NCBI GenBank assembly: GCA_964507615.1
Contig: CAZDPS010000002.1
Coordinates: forward strand, 392-64,391
Source of the DNA: an uncultured Candidatus Saccharibacteria bacterium
GTDB taxonomy: Bacteria; Patescibacteriota; Minisyncoccia; Phycocordibacterales; DATDWN01
DNA length: 64,000 nt
Direction: 5' to 3'
Part shown: positions 29,167 through 38,285 of the stretch, in pieces
Layout of the letters: every line of letters begins with the position of its first letter
How positions within the stretch are numbered: position 1 is the first letter of the stretch
Translations under genes and position numbers: made by a program
The notes under the pieces: model-generated
Told to the model about the DNA's origin: nothing
Databases searched by the model: none
The model's input: only the letters and a program-made list of their open reading frames with translations

Positions 29167-31347
29167 ATGATTAACACAAAAAATATCCTTAATTATATTG
29201 TTTTGGCGGGTTTATTCATTACTCCTTTCATAGCTTTTATTGTTCCTCAGGGAATGTTTTTTCCTTTTATTTCTGGAAAGGGATTTGCCTTTAGGATTTT
29301 GGTGGAGATAATGTTTGGTGCCTATGTTTTACTCGCTTTTTATCGCAAGGAATATAGACCAAATTTTTCATGGATTACAAAATCAGTTTTGATTTTTACT
29401 CTTGTGATGTTTGTGGCAGATATCTTGGGTCAAAGTGTCTATAAAAGTATATGGAGTAACAATGAAAGAATGGAAGGTTTTGTTTTGTTGATACATCTAA
29501 CTTTGTACTATCTAGTGGCGTCATCGGTAATAAAAACCACTGATTTGTGGAATAAACTTTTTAATACTTCTATTTTTGCCAGTGTAGCAATGTCCGTATA
29601 CGGTTTGGTTCAACTTGCTGGTAAGGCCACAATAAGTCAGGGAGGAGTAAGACTTGATGGAACATTTGGTAACTCTAGTTACTTTGCTATTTATTTAGTT
29701 TTTCATATTTTCTTGTGTTTATATATGTTGGTAGGAGAAAAAAGAGAAAGTTGGCAAAAATGGACCTACAGCTCTATTATGGTTCTTGAAACAATTTTGT
29801 TGTATTTTACGGCTACCAGAGGGGCCATACTCGGCTTTATAGGTGGGTTGCTTTTAGTTGGTTTGCTTGTGATGTGGAAAGAAAAGGAGAATAAGGTGTT
29901 TCGTAAAATGTCTTATTGGATTATAGGTAGTGTATTGGTTTTGATTTTTGGTTTTGCTTTGGCTCGCAATACTTCTTTTGTAAAAGAGAGTCCAGTGCTA
30001 TCTCGTTTTTCAACTTTAAGTTTTTCAGAGTTTAAAACTCAGGGTAGATATTTTGTTTGGCCTATGGCATTAGAGGGAATAAAGGAAAGGCCAATACTTG
30101 GTTGGGGACAGGAGAACTTTAATTTTGTTTTTAATAAAAACTATAACCCGGGAATGTTTGGTCAGGAGGAGTGGTTTGATCGTACACATAATCTTGTTTT
30201 GGATTGGCTTATCGCCGGAGGTATTTTGGGTTTTTTGGCTTATCTATCTATTTATGTTGCCTCATTTTATTATGTGTGGAGAAAAAAAAGCACACTGAGT
30301 TTGTCTCAAAAAAGTGTATTGACTGGAATGATCTCTGCTTATGTTCTACACAACCTGTTTGTTTTCGATAACTTGATTAGCTATATTATTTTCTTTTCGA
30401 TTTTGGCTTATATTCACTCCAAAGAAAATGTTGATGATGAAAAAGGTTCAAAATTTTACACAAAGAATTTTTCTGGAGAAGTTTTGAATTATGTTGTTTT
30501 GCCGATAGTGGTTATTTTTACAGTAACAACAGTTTATTTTGTTAATGTTCCAGCACTTTTGGCTAATAAAACTCTGATTAAAGCAATGAGTCCGCAGACA
30601 AGTTTGGACAAAAACCTAGAGTACTTCAAAAAAGTTTTTGAATATAATTCTTTTACTTCTGGTGAAGCGGTTGAGCAGTTAACACAATCTACTATGAAGG
30701 TGATCTCCATCGAATCAGGTATTAGTGATAAAACAAAACAAGACTTTCTTGATTTTACCAAAACAAAAATAGATGAAAAAGTAGCTTCTAGTCCAAAAGA
30801 TGCAAGGTATCTTGTCTTTGCAGGTGGGTTTTATAATCGTCTAGGACAATTTGATGACGCTATCAAATATTTAGATAGAGCTCTTATTGAATCACCAAAT
30901 AAACAATCTATTTATTTTGAATTAGGTACTTCTTATTTGGGTAAGGGTGATAGAGCAAAAATGTTTGAAATGTTTAAGAAAGCTTACGAACTGAAAACTT
31001 CATCTGTGGAATCACAGATAATATATATGGTTGGTGCTATATATGTTGGTAACAAAGAGGTGCTGGATCAAATGGTAAAACAGATACCTAGAGAAAAAAT
31101 ACTCAATGATTCCAGGGTTTTGAAAGCTTATTCTGATATGGGAGATAACAGTACCGCTATATCTATTCTCAATGAAAGAATAAAAATCAATCCAAAGACC
31201 ATGCAAGATAGATTTTTACTAGCAGACATATACTACAGATTAGGTTTAAAACAGAAGTCAGCAGAACTGATTAAAGAAATGACAGAAATTGATCCAAGCT
31301 TTAAGACTCAGGGGGATATGTATATACAACAAATATTGGCTCAATAG
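29167..31347 (+). CDS. O-antigen ligase/polymerase-like (Wzy_C) membrane protein with C-terminal TPR repeats
   Basis: 726 aa with about 12 TM. TATRGAILGFIGG...HNLVLDWLIAGG region. C-terminal TPR-like repeats (YFELGTSYLGKGD, LADIYYRLG). Confidence 0.6.
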   Translation: MINTKNILNYIVLAGLFITPFIAFIVPQGMFFPFISGKGFAFRILVEIMFGAYVLLAFYRKEYRPNFSWITKSVLIFTLVMFVADILGQSVYKSIWSNNERMEGFVLLIHLTLYYLVASSVIKTTDLWNKLFNTSIFASVAMSVYGLVQLAGKATISQGGVRLDGTFGNSSYFAIYLVFHIFLCLYMLVGEKRESWQKWTYSSIMVLETILLYFTATRGAILGFIGGLLLVGLLVMWKEKENKVFRKMSYWIIGSVLVLIFGFALARNTSFVKESPVLSRFSTLSFSEFKTQGRYFVWPMALEGIKERPILGWGQENFNFVFNKNYNPGMFGQEEWFDRTHNLVLDWLIAGGILGFLAYLSIYVASFYYVWRKKSTLSLSQKSVLTGMISAYVLHNLFVFDNLISYIIFFSILAYIHSKENVDDEKGSKFYTKNFSGEVLNYVVLPIVVIFTVTTVYFVNVPALLANKTLIKAMSPQTSLDKNLEYFKKVFEYNSFTSGEAVEQLTQSTMKVISIESGISDKTKQDFLDFTKTKIDEKVASSPKDARYLVFAGGFYNRLGQFDDAIKYLDRALIESPNKQSIYFELGTSYLGKGDRAKMFEMFKKAYELKTSSVESQIIYMVGAIYVGNKEVLDQMVKQIPREKILNDSRVLKAYSDMGDNSTAISILNERIKINPKTMQDRFLLADIYYRLGLKQKSAELIKEMTEIDPSFKTQGDMYIQQILAQ

Positions 31348-31365
31348 ATACCTGAATTTAGCGAT

Positions 31366-31394
31366 TTGCAATTAAACTAAATATGTGATAAAAT
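31366..31394 (+). promoter_or_regulatory. sigma70-like promoter TTGCAA-17-TAAAAT
   Basis: -35 at 31366-31371, -10 at 31389-31394, exact 17-nt spacer. Confidence 0.5.
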
Positions 31395-31399
31395 ACTGG

Positions 31400-31505
31400 G
31401 TGTGGGTGTGAATTTACAGGATTGCTTTGCAAGAATGTAATATTGAGCATCAACAACAAATGTACAACAAAGGCCCTTCGGGGCCTTTGTTGTATGTCTT
31501 GTTTT
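31400..31505 (+). ncRNA. candidate ~100-nt small RNA (promoter to strong terminator)
   Basis: Starts just after the promoter above. Ends with a 14-bp perfect stem TACAACAAAGGCCC-UUCG-GGGCCTTTGTTGTA (31463-31494) plus a T-rich tail. Confidence 0.4.
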
Positions 31506-31538
31506 ATGATTATAGTTTGGTTATCATTAATATGTTGT

Positions 31539-31649
31539 TTTGAGGTGCGGTTGGCGGTTCGCACTCACACTACATTTGTTGGAGCTCGCCTCCGCCAACC
31601 ACATCTCAAAATAAAATAAAATAAAAATTTCCGCGATGCGGAATTTTTT
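31539..31649. other. GC-rich long hairpin followed by a second terminator-like hairpin
   Basis: 31539-31557 pairs with 31592-31610 (about 19 bp, one mismatch, one wobble). The AAATTTCCGC-gat-GCGGAATTTT hairpin lies at 31623-31649. Confidence 0.35.
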
Positions 31650-31850
31650 ATTTATAAAAAACTTTTTCTTAAAAAATTTTATTTATAAAAAAAGTTATCC
31701 ACACTTTTTTGTAAAAATAAATTTTATTTATTTTTTTATGTACTATAATTATTACAGGTCGGAACAACGAAATAAATTTATTATCGTTGTAAACTTTAAA
31801 AAATAATTTATGTTGGTCGCTTGTCACAGAGTGATTAACAAAAAAATATC

Positions 31851-31907
31851 ATGGCAGCAAAAAAGAAGAAAGCAGCAAAGAAGAAAACAGCTAAGAAACG
31901 AGCTTAA
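31851..31907 (+). CDS. 18-codon Lys/Ala-rich micro-ORF (MAAKKKKAAKKKTAKKRA), speculative
   Basis: ATG 31851 to TAA 31905-31907. Followed by its own strong terminator. No recognisable SD. Confidence 0.25.
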   Translation: MAAKKKKAAKKKTAKKRA

Positions 31908-31953
31908 TATTCTTTGTTTGTAAAATCGATCCGCCAGCTGGCGAAGTGATTTG

Positions 31954-31993
31954 CAAAAACTCATACTGTATAAGTATGAGTTTTTGTTTTTTT
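31954..31993 (+). terminator. intrinsic terminator upstream of secA
   Basis: CAAAAACTCATAC-tgtataa-GTATGAGTTTTTG (13 bp) plus T7. Confidence 0.75.
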
Positions 31994-32070
31994 GTGCTAA
32001 AATCAACGAAATTACCATATAATTATAATATATAAAATATGGTAATTTGGTGGCTTTAATTCTTAATTTT

Positions 32071-34578
32071 ATGGCATTTTTAGAAAAAATTTTTGGCACA
32101 GAATCATCAAAAGCTCTAAAAAACATAGAGCCTATAGTTTCAGAGATAAACTCGTTGGAAGAGAAAATATCATCTTTGTCTGATGAAGAACTGAAATTTA
32201 AAACTAACGAATTTAAATCAAAGTTGAATTCAGGAAAAACTCTAGACGACATTTTGCCAGAAGCTTTTGCTGTGGTCAGAGAAGCTGCAAAAAGAACATT
32301 GGGACAAAGACATTTTGATGTTCAGATGATGGGCGGAATTGTTTTGCACAGAGGTGGTATAGCAGAAATGAGAACAGGAGAAGGTAAAACCCTAGTGGCT
32401 ACCTTACCACTATATTTAAATTCTCTAACCGGTAAAGGTGTGCATTTGGTTACTGTTAATGATTATCTATCCAGATTACATGCAGTTTTAATGGGACAGG
32501 TTTATTCGTTTCTTGGTGTTTCGGTAGCAGTGATTAATCACGAAGAATCTTTTATTTATGATCAAACGCATACAGAACTTGATAAAAAAAGAGACGAAGC
32601 GGGTTCTTTCAAGGTGTTTAATGAATTTCTAAGACCCGTATCAAGGCGTGAAGCCTATCATGCGGATATTACATATGGAACAAACAACGAGTTTGGTTTT
32701 GACTATTTGAGAGATAATATAGAATATGAAGCAGCACATCTTCGTCAGCGTGAGCCAAATTTTGTGGTGGTAGACGAGGTGGACTCTATATTGATAGATG
32801 AGGCCAGAACACCTCTTATTATATCAACTCCTACTACCGATTCTGACGATTTGTACAAAACTTTTGCTGATATTTCTACTAAACTGGAAAAAGGTGAGCA
32901 TTATACTGTTGACGAAAAGTTTAAAACCATATCTCTTACCGACTCTGGCATAAGTAGGGCCGAGGAACTCCTCGGTATAGATAATATTTACACTGAAAAG
33001 GGCATCAAGTACGTGCATCACCTAGAGACTTCTATTCGAGCCAGAGCTCTATTCAATGTGGACAAGGATTATGTGGTTAAAGATGGCGAGATAATTATAG
33101 TGGATGAGTTCACTGGGAGATTGCAGCCAGGTAGAAGGTGGTCAGAGGGTTTACACCAGGCTATAGAAGCCAAGGAGCATGTGTCAATACAAAAAGAATC
33201 AAGAACTTTTGCTTCTGTCACTTTTCAAAACTATTTTAGACTGTATAAAAAATTGGCTGGAATGACTGGTACAGCCGTGACTTCGTCTGAGGAGTTCTAT
33301 AAAGTTTACGGACTCAATGTTGTTTCTATACCAACCAACAAACCAAATGCTCGCAAGGATCACAACGATTTAATATTCCAAACAGAGGCTGGGAAATTCA
33401 AGGCTATTAGTAGAGAAATAAAGGAGCGACACAAAACAGGTCAGCCAGTTTTGATTGGTACTGTGTCTATAGAAAAAAATGAGTTACTTTCTGAATACTT
33501 GAAAGCCGAGGGTGTGCCGCATGAGATTCTAAATGCTAAAAATCACGGAAGAGAGGGGGAGATTATAGCTCAAGCGGGAAAACCTTCTGCTGTGACTATC
33601 GCAACAAACATGGCTGGTCGTGGAGTGGATATAAAACTCGGAGGTAATCCTGGAAGTCCAGAGGCATATGAGGATGTAAAATCTAAAGGAGGTTTGTTTG
33701 TTTTGGGTACAGAGAGACACGATGCTCGCAGAATAGACAATCAGTTAAGAGGACGAGCGGGTAGGCAGGGCGATCCTGGAGAGACACAGTTTTTTGTGTC
33801 CTTGGATGACCATCTCATGCGAGTTTTTGGTGGAGACGGAATAAAAAACATGATGGGCAAGCTTGGTATCAAAGAAGATGAGCCAATAGAGAACAGAATG
33901 ATAACAAGATCCCTTGAAAGCGCTCAGGAAAAAATAGAAGGTTTTAATTTTGATGCTAGAAAACATGTTCTGGAGTTTGACGATGTTTTGAATTTTCAAA
34001 GAAAAATCATATACGCAAAGCGTCGGGATGTTTTGTTGGGGGACGATGATGTTGTCCGGGCTTATATACAAAGTATTTTGGTGGATACGGAAGACGAAGA
34101 AAGGAAAGTAGTAGAGGAGAAGATGGAAAAGGCAGATAGCGAATATCTAAAGGTTTTGCGTAGAGTTATTTTGCAGTCAACTGATATGTATTGGGTTGAA
34201 CATTTGGAAGTGATGGATTATATGCGATCTAGTGTCAATTTGCGTGCTTACGGCCAGAGGGATCCATTGGTTGAATATAAACACGAGGGACTAAGATTAT
34301 TCAAAAATATGGAGATTTCTATTGGTCAGGAAATTTTGAAACTCATTCCACAAATACAACCAACTATTAAATTTGATGCACCTGCTAAACTGACTGAAGC
34401 GATGGAGGGGGCACAGGACTTACTAACTGAAACTGTGACTTCTGAGGACTCTCACCGTGCTCCAGATGGAAGTAAAATAGGAAGAAATGATCCGTGTTAC
34501 TGTGGCTCCGGTAAGAAATATAAATCTTGTGGCTTGAAGGACACGGAGGAACATAAGCGATTAATAGCGCAGAAATAA
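32071..34578 (+). CDS. secA: preprotein translocase ATPase SecA
   Basis: MAFLEKIFG start, MRTGEGKTLVATLP, DEVDSILIDEARTPLIIS, C-terminal zinc motif CYCGSGKKYKSCG. Confidence 0.95.
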   Translation: MAFLEKIFGTESSKALKNIEPIVSEINSLEEKISSLSDEELKFKTNEFKSKLNSGKTLDDILPEAFAVVREAAKRTLGQRHFDVQMMGGIVLHRGGIAEMRTGEGKTLVATLPLYLNSLTGKGVHLVTVNDYLSRLHAVLMGQVYSFLGVSVAVINHEESFIYDQTHTELDKKRDEAGSFKVFNEFLRPVSRREAYHADITYGTNNEFGFDYLRDNIEYEAAHLRQREPNFVVVDEVDSILIDEARTPLIISTPTTDSDDLYKTFADISTKLEKGEHYTVDEKFKTISLTDSGISRAEELLGIDNIYTEKGIKYVHHLETSIRARALFNVDKDYVVKDGEIIIVDEFTGRLQPGRRWSEGLHQAIEAKEHVSIQKESRTFASVTFQNYFRLYKKLAGMTGTAVTSSEEFYKVYGLNVVSIPTNKPNARKDHNDLIFQTEAGKFKAISREIKERHKTGQPVLIGTVSIEKNELLSEYLKAEGVPHEILNAKNHGREGEIIAQAGKPSAVTIATNMAGRGVDIKLGGNPGSPEAYEDVKSKGGLFVLGTERHDARRIDNQLRGRAGRQGDPGETQFFVSLDDHLMRVFGGDGIKNMMGKLGIKEDEPIENRMITRSLESAQEKIEGFNFDARKHVLEFDDVLNFQRKIIYAKRRDVLLGDDDVVRAYIQSILVDTEDEERKVVEEKMEKADSEYLKVLRRVILQSTDMYWVEHLEVMDYMRSSVNLRAYGQRDPLVEYKHEGLRLFKNMEISIGQEILKLIPQIQPTIKFDAPAKLTEAMEGAQDLLTETVTSEDSHRAPDGSKIGRNDPCYCGSGKKYKSCGLKDTEEHKRLIAQK

Positions 34579-34584
34579 TTAATA

Positions 34585-35514
34585 ATGAGAGAAAATAAAG
34601 AATTAACTCTTGCACTAACTAAAATCGTTAAGAAAGTTAATGTAAATGAGATTTCTTTGGCTTTAATAAACCTCAAAACTCCCGAACCTGAAATCGCTGG
34701 GGTTAATATGGAACATTTCATATATCCGGCAAGTATATATAAAGTTTTTGTCGCCTCTGAAGTATTAAGACAGATAGATACTGGGCAAAGAAAATTAGAA
34801 GATTTGATTGAAATAAGTGATGTAAATGAAGTAGACAAAGATAATCCACGATTCTTCCCTAAGAGCACTCATAGAGACCATAGACCACTCCTAAAAGCAG
34901 GTGAGAAAGTTACGATTGATTATCTTTTAGACCTCATGCTTACAAGGAGCGATAACACAGCTTCAAATGTTCTCATTGATTTAGTCGGCAGAGAAAATAT
35001 AAACACGAATATAATTTTACCGAACGGCTGGTCAGGAAGTGATGTTACAAGAAAGTTTCTTAACCGACTCAAGGAGGAAGGAGAATACCGTGTTTCTAAA
35101 ATTACAGTTTCCAATGCAAAACATTTAGCTGAACTCTTTTATAAAATTGAAACCAATCAACTTGTAAATGAGAATGTTTCTCAAAAACTCAAAGGGTACA
35201 TGCTCAAATGGAATAGAGATGGTAGAAAAGGTTTGTATATCCCTGAATTCAAGGATTATTACCGAAAAGGAGGATGGCTTGAGATAAATGGTTACAAGTG
35301 GAATATTTGGAGAGGTATAAAATCTGCTTATCAAAAGGGTGTCGCAATAATTCGTTATAGTGGTGATGCTGGAGTAGTAACTGGTAGTAATTCTCGTTAC
35401 GCAATAGCAGTTTTAACCCTTATAAAAACTAAATACCCCTGGGTAAAATTTCCTATGAAAAAGTTATCAAAGGAAGTTTACAATTTAATGGAGAAATTAA
35501 GGGAAAAGTGTTAA
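34585..35514 (+). CDS. serine hydrolase of the class A beta-lactamase/PBP-like fold
   Basis: SxxK (ASIYK), SDN (RSDNTA) and KGG (KTG-like) motifs. Confidence 0.6.
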   Translation: MRENKELTLALTKIVKKVNVNEISLALINLKTPEPEIAGVNMEHFIYPASIYKVFVASEVLRQIDTGQRKLEDLIEISDVNEVDKDNPRFFPKSTHRDHRPLLKAGEKVTIDYLLDLMLTRSDNTASNVLIDLVGRENINTNIILPNGWSGSDVTRKFLNRLKEEGEYRVSKITVSNAKHLAELFYKIETNQLVNENVSQKLKGYMLKWNRDGRKGLYIPEFKDYYRKGGWLEINGYKWNIWRGIKSAYQKGVAIIRYSGDAGVVTGSNSRYAIAVLTLIKTKYPWVKFPMKKLSKEVYNLMEKLREKC

Positions 35515-35609
35515 AATAATCTTGACAGGTTTAAACATTTTGGTTACATATCAAAGTATACTGCCAGTGAATAATGAGGGATATAAAAAACAAATAGCTC
35601 AAAAATAAT

Positions 35610-36107
35610 ATGAATAAATTGATAAACGAATATGTTGGGAAAAGTGGTGTTAAATATATTTTTGAGTATTCAGATGCTGATTCCTTTGATCACTTAGAGA
35701 AAGATAAATGCAAGCAGTGTTATGGAGTTTGTTTTTATGATGACAAGGTTGTATTGGGATATAGTGACGGAAGAAAAGAATGGCAGATTATTGGTGGCAC
35801 TGTAGAAAAAGGTGAAGATCTCGGTAATGCATTAAAAAGAGAAATTCAAGAAGAATCAAACATGGAAGTTTTGAATTTCTTACCAATTGGTTATCAAAAA
35901 GTAACCGACACCCGAGATGATAGCTTCGTCTATCAACTTCGTTATGTTTGTAGTGTTAGACCTTACGGTCCTTTTGTGTCGGATCCTGCTGGAGATATAA
36001 TAAAAATTGAATTAATAAAACCAGAAAATTATAAGGAATATTTTGATTGGGGACAAATTGGAGATAGGATTATGGAAAGATCTCTTGAATTATTGTCAAA
36101 ACTTTAA
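35610..36107 (+). CDS. NUDIX hydrolase
   Basis: Nudix box GGTVEKGEDLGNALKREIQEESN. Confidence 0.8.
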   Translation: MNKLINEYVGKSGVKYIFEYSDADSFDHLEKDKCKQCYGVCFYDDKVVLGYSDGRKEWQIIGGTVEKGEDLGNALKREIQEESNMEVLNFLPIGYQKVTDTRDDSFVYQLRYVCSVRPYGPFVSDPAGDIIKIELIKPENYKEYFDWGQIGDRIMERSLELLSKL

Positions 36108-36141
36108 TTTTATACATCTCAAACACACTTCAAACATTGTC

Positions 36142-36291
36142 ATGGGAAAAATCAGTAAAAAATCAGTCGAATTATTAAGTCACTTCCATTGTCTTCATTG
36201 TAAAAAATGGTGGACTGTAGGTGATGCTCCAGAAAAGAAGGATACGTGGTTTTGTCCTTGGTGTGGTAAAGAAAATAAATATGGAAAATAA
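36142..36291 (+). CDS. small zinc-ribbon protein (49 aa)
   Basis: CLHC...CPWC pairs. Start at ATG 36142 within track ORF 36043..36291. Confidence 0.5.
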   Translation: MGKISKKSVELLSHFHCLHCKKWWTVGDAPEKKDTWFCPWCGKENKYGK

Positions 36292-36337
36292 GGTGAATTT
36301 GTGCTACTTTAAAAGGATAATATTTTAAACAAAAACA

Positions 36338-36721
36338 ATGAATAAATACATTTATTATCTAATAGGTTTAATATTTTTGGCAGGTGTGGTATTTCTAATC
36401 ATGACTCCAGGTAAGCCTGGTCAGTATGATACTTTTGCTCAGTGTATAAAGGATAGTGGCACAACATTTTATGGAACGTTTTGGTGTCCACATTGTCAGG
36501 CACAGAAGGCACTTTTTGGTAGGTCTGCAAAATTACTTCCTTACGTGGAGTGTTCTACTCCAGATGGCCAAGGTCAACTGCAAGTGTGTAGGGATGCCGG
36601 TATTACTTCCTATCCAACTTGGCAATTTAATGCAAGTACTACAGATAGGTTGACCGGAGAAGTTCCACTAGTAACCATTGCAGAAAAGACAGGGTGTGAA
36701 TTACCTTTGATATCTGAATAA
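36338..36721 (+). CDS. membrane-anchored thioredoxin-fold thiol:disulfide oxidoreductase
   Basis: N-terminal TM segment. WCPHC active-site motif. Confidence 0.65.
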   Translation: MNKYIYYLIGLIFLAGVVFLIMTPGKPGQYDTFAQCIKDSGTTFYGTFWCPHCQAQKALFGRSAKLLPYVECSTPDGQGQLQVCRDAGITSYPTWQFNASTTDRLTGEVPLVTIAEKTGCELPLISE

Positions 36722-36723
36722 AT

Positions 36724-37281
36724 ATGATTAGCTTTATCCAAACAAACGCTAGTGCAATAGTTGGATTTTTAACCTTAGTCTCAAATATTATTTTTGTGGG
36801 GGTTTTGGTTGTTATTGGCGTTCACTCTGAAACTAGAGTTAAAATGTACACTTTTGTTCACAAATACATATTACAGTTACTTTTTTGGGGAATTATGTCT
36901 GCGGTTGTTGGGAGTTTGGTTTATTCAGAGATAGTGGGTTTTCCCGCATGTGACTTGTGTTGGTATCAGAGAATATTTTTATATCCACAAGCAGTAATAA
37001 TTCTAATGGCTATGATTCGCAAAGATAAAACTGTTATAGATTATCTTGTTCCTCTTTCTATTATGGGTGCTGTTGTTGCACTGTATCAATCTTTAGTTCA
37101 GTGGGGATTTTCATTCGGTTCTATTTTAGAGTGTACTGCATCGGGTGGGGAGTGTGCCAGAATCTATGTAAACGAATATTCTTACATCACAATACCTTTT
37201 ATGTCACTTTCAGTTTTTGTTTATATAATTGTTTTGAAATACGTTTACTATAGTCATAATAGAAAGCTGAAAAATGGATAA
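36724..37281 (+). CDS. DsbB/BdbC-family disulfide bond formation protein
   Basis: CDLCWYQRIFLYPQ motif and a second Cys pair (CTASGGEC). 4 TM. Confidence 0.7.
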   Translation: MISFIQTNASAIVGFLTLVSNIIFVGVLVVIGVHSETRVKMYTFVHKYILQLLFWGIMSAVVGSLVYSEIVGFPACDLCWYQRIFLYPQAVIILMAMIRKDKTVIDYLVPLSIMGAVVALYQSLVQWGFSFGSILECTASGGECARIYVNEYSYITIPFMSLSVFVYIIVLKYVYYSHNRKLKNG

Positions 37282-38167
37282 AAATATCTCAATCATAGTA
37301 CATAGTGGAGTTTTTCATGCTGATGATGTTTTTGCTATGGCTACACTCATGTTGGCTTTGGGTGAAGATAATGAATTTTCTGTTACTCGAACTCGAGATG
37401 AGAATATTATTAATAAAGGTGATTATGTGGTTGATGTGGGTGGAATATATGATCCTCTTACAAATCATTTCGATCATCATCAAATAGGTGGTGCGGGGGT
37501 GCGGGAAAATGGAATACCGTACGCATCATTTGGGCTTGTTTGGAAAAAATTTGGAGAGGAGTTGTGTGGTAATGTAGAAATAGCTAATAAAATAGATCAA
37601 AAACTCATTCAGCCAATTGATGCAATTGATAATGGTGTAAATATTATTGAGCCAATATTTGAAGGCGTTTATCCTTACAATATATATGATTTTTTTGATG
37701 TATTAATACCAACATGGAAAGAGGAGGGAGTTGATATTGATAAAATATTTTTGGAAGCAGTCTCTTATGCAAAAATTATCTTAAAAAGAGAAATAAAAAA
37801 AAGAAAGGATGGTGAGGAGGCTAGAAAAATTGTTGTAGAGGAGTATAACAAAAGTAAGGATAAAAGATTGATTATTTTTGATAGGTTCTATCCTTCAGGA
37901 GAGGTTCTGATGGAATTTACGGAACCATTATTTAAAATTTATCCAAGACAAGAAGGAACTTGGGCGTTGGAAGGAATAAAAACAGATCATCATTCATTTA
38001 ATAGGCGGAAATTCCTACCTGAAAGTTGGGCAGGAAAGAAAGATGAGGAATTAGAAAATATAACCGGAATTTCAGGAGTAGTTTTTTGTCACAATGGTAG
38101 ATTTATAGCGGTTGCCAAGACAAGGGAGGCTATACTCAAAATGGCTGAAATAGCTTTAAACCAATAA
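37274..38167 (+). CDS. MYG1/UPF0160-family metal-dependent hydrolase
   Basis: HSGVFHADDVFA and FDHHQ motifs. Confidence 0.7.
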   Translation: MDKNISIIVHSGVFHADDVFAMATLMLALGEDNEFSVTRTRDENIINKGDYVVDVGGIYDPLTNHFDHHQIGGAGVRENGIPYASFGLVWKKFGEELCGNVEIANKIDQKLIQPIDAIDNGVNIIEPIFEGVYPYNIYDFFDVLIPTWKEEGVDIDKIFLEAVSYAKIILKREIKKRKDGEEARKIVVEEYNKSKDKRLIIFDRFYPSGEVLMEFTEPLFKIYPRQEGTWALEGIKTDHHSFNRRKFLPESWAGKKDEELENITGISGVVFCHNGRFIAVAKTREAILKMAEIALNQ

Positions 38168-38285
38168 ACTACTAATAGGGAATATACATAATAACCATAC
38201 TGACTATAACAAGTACGCAAACAGTAATCCATATTACCTTGAAGGCCTTTTTGTTCTTTTGTTGGAATAACATATAATTACAATA

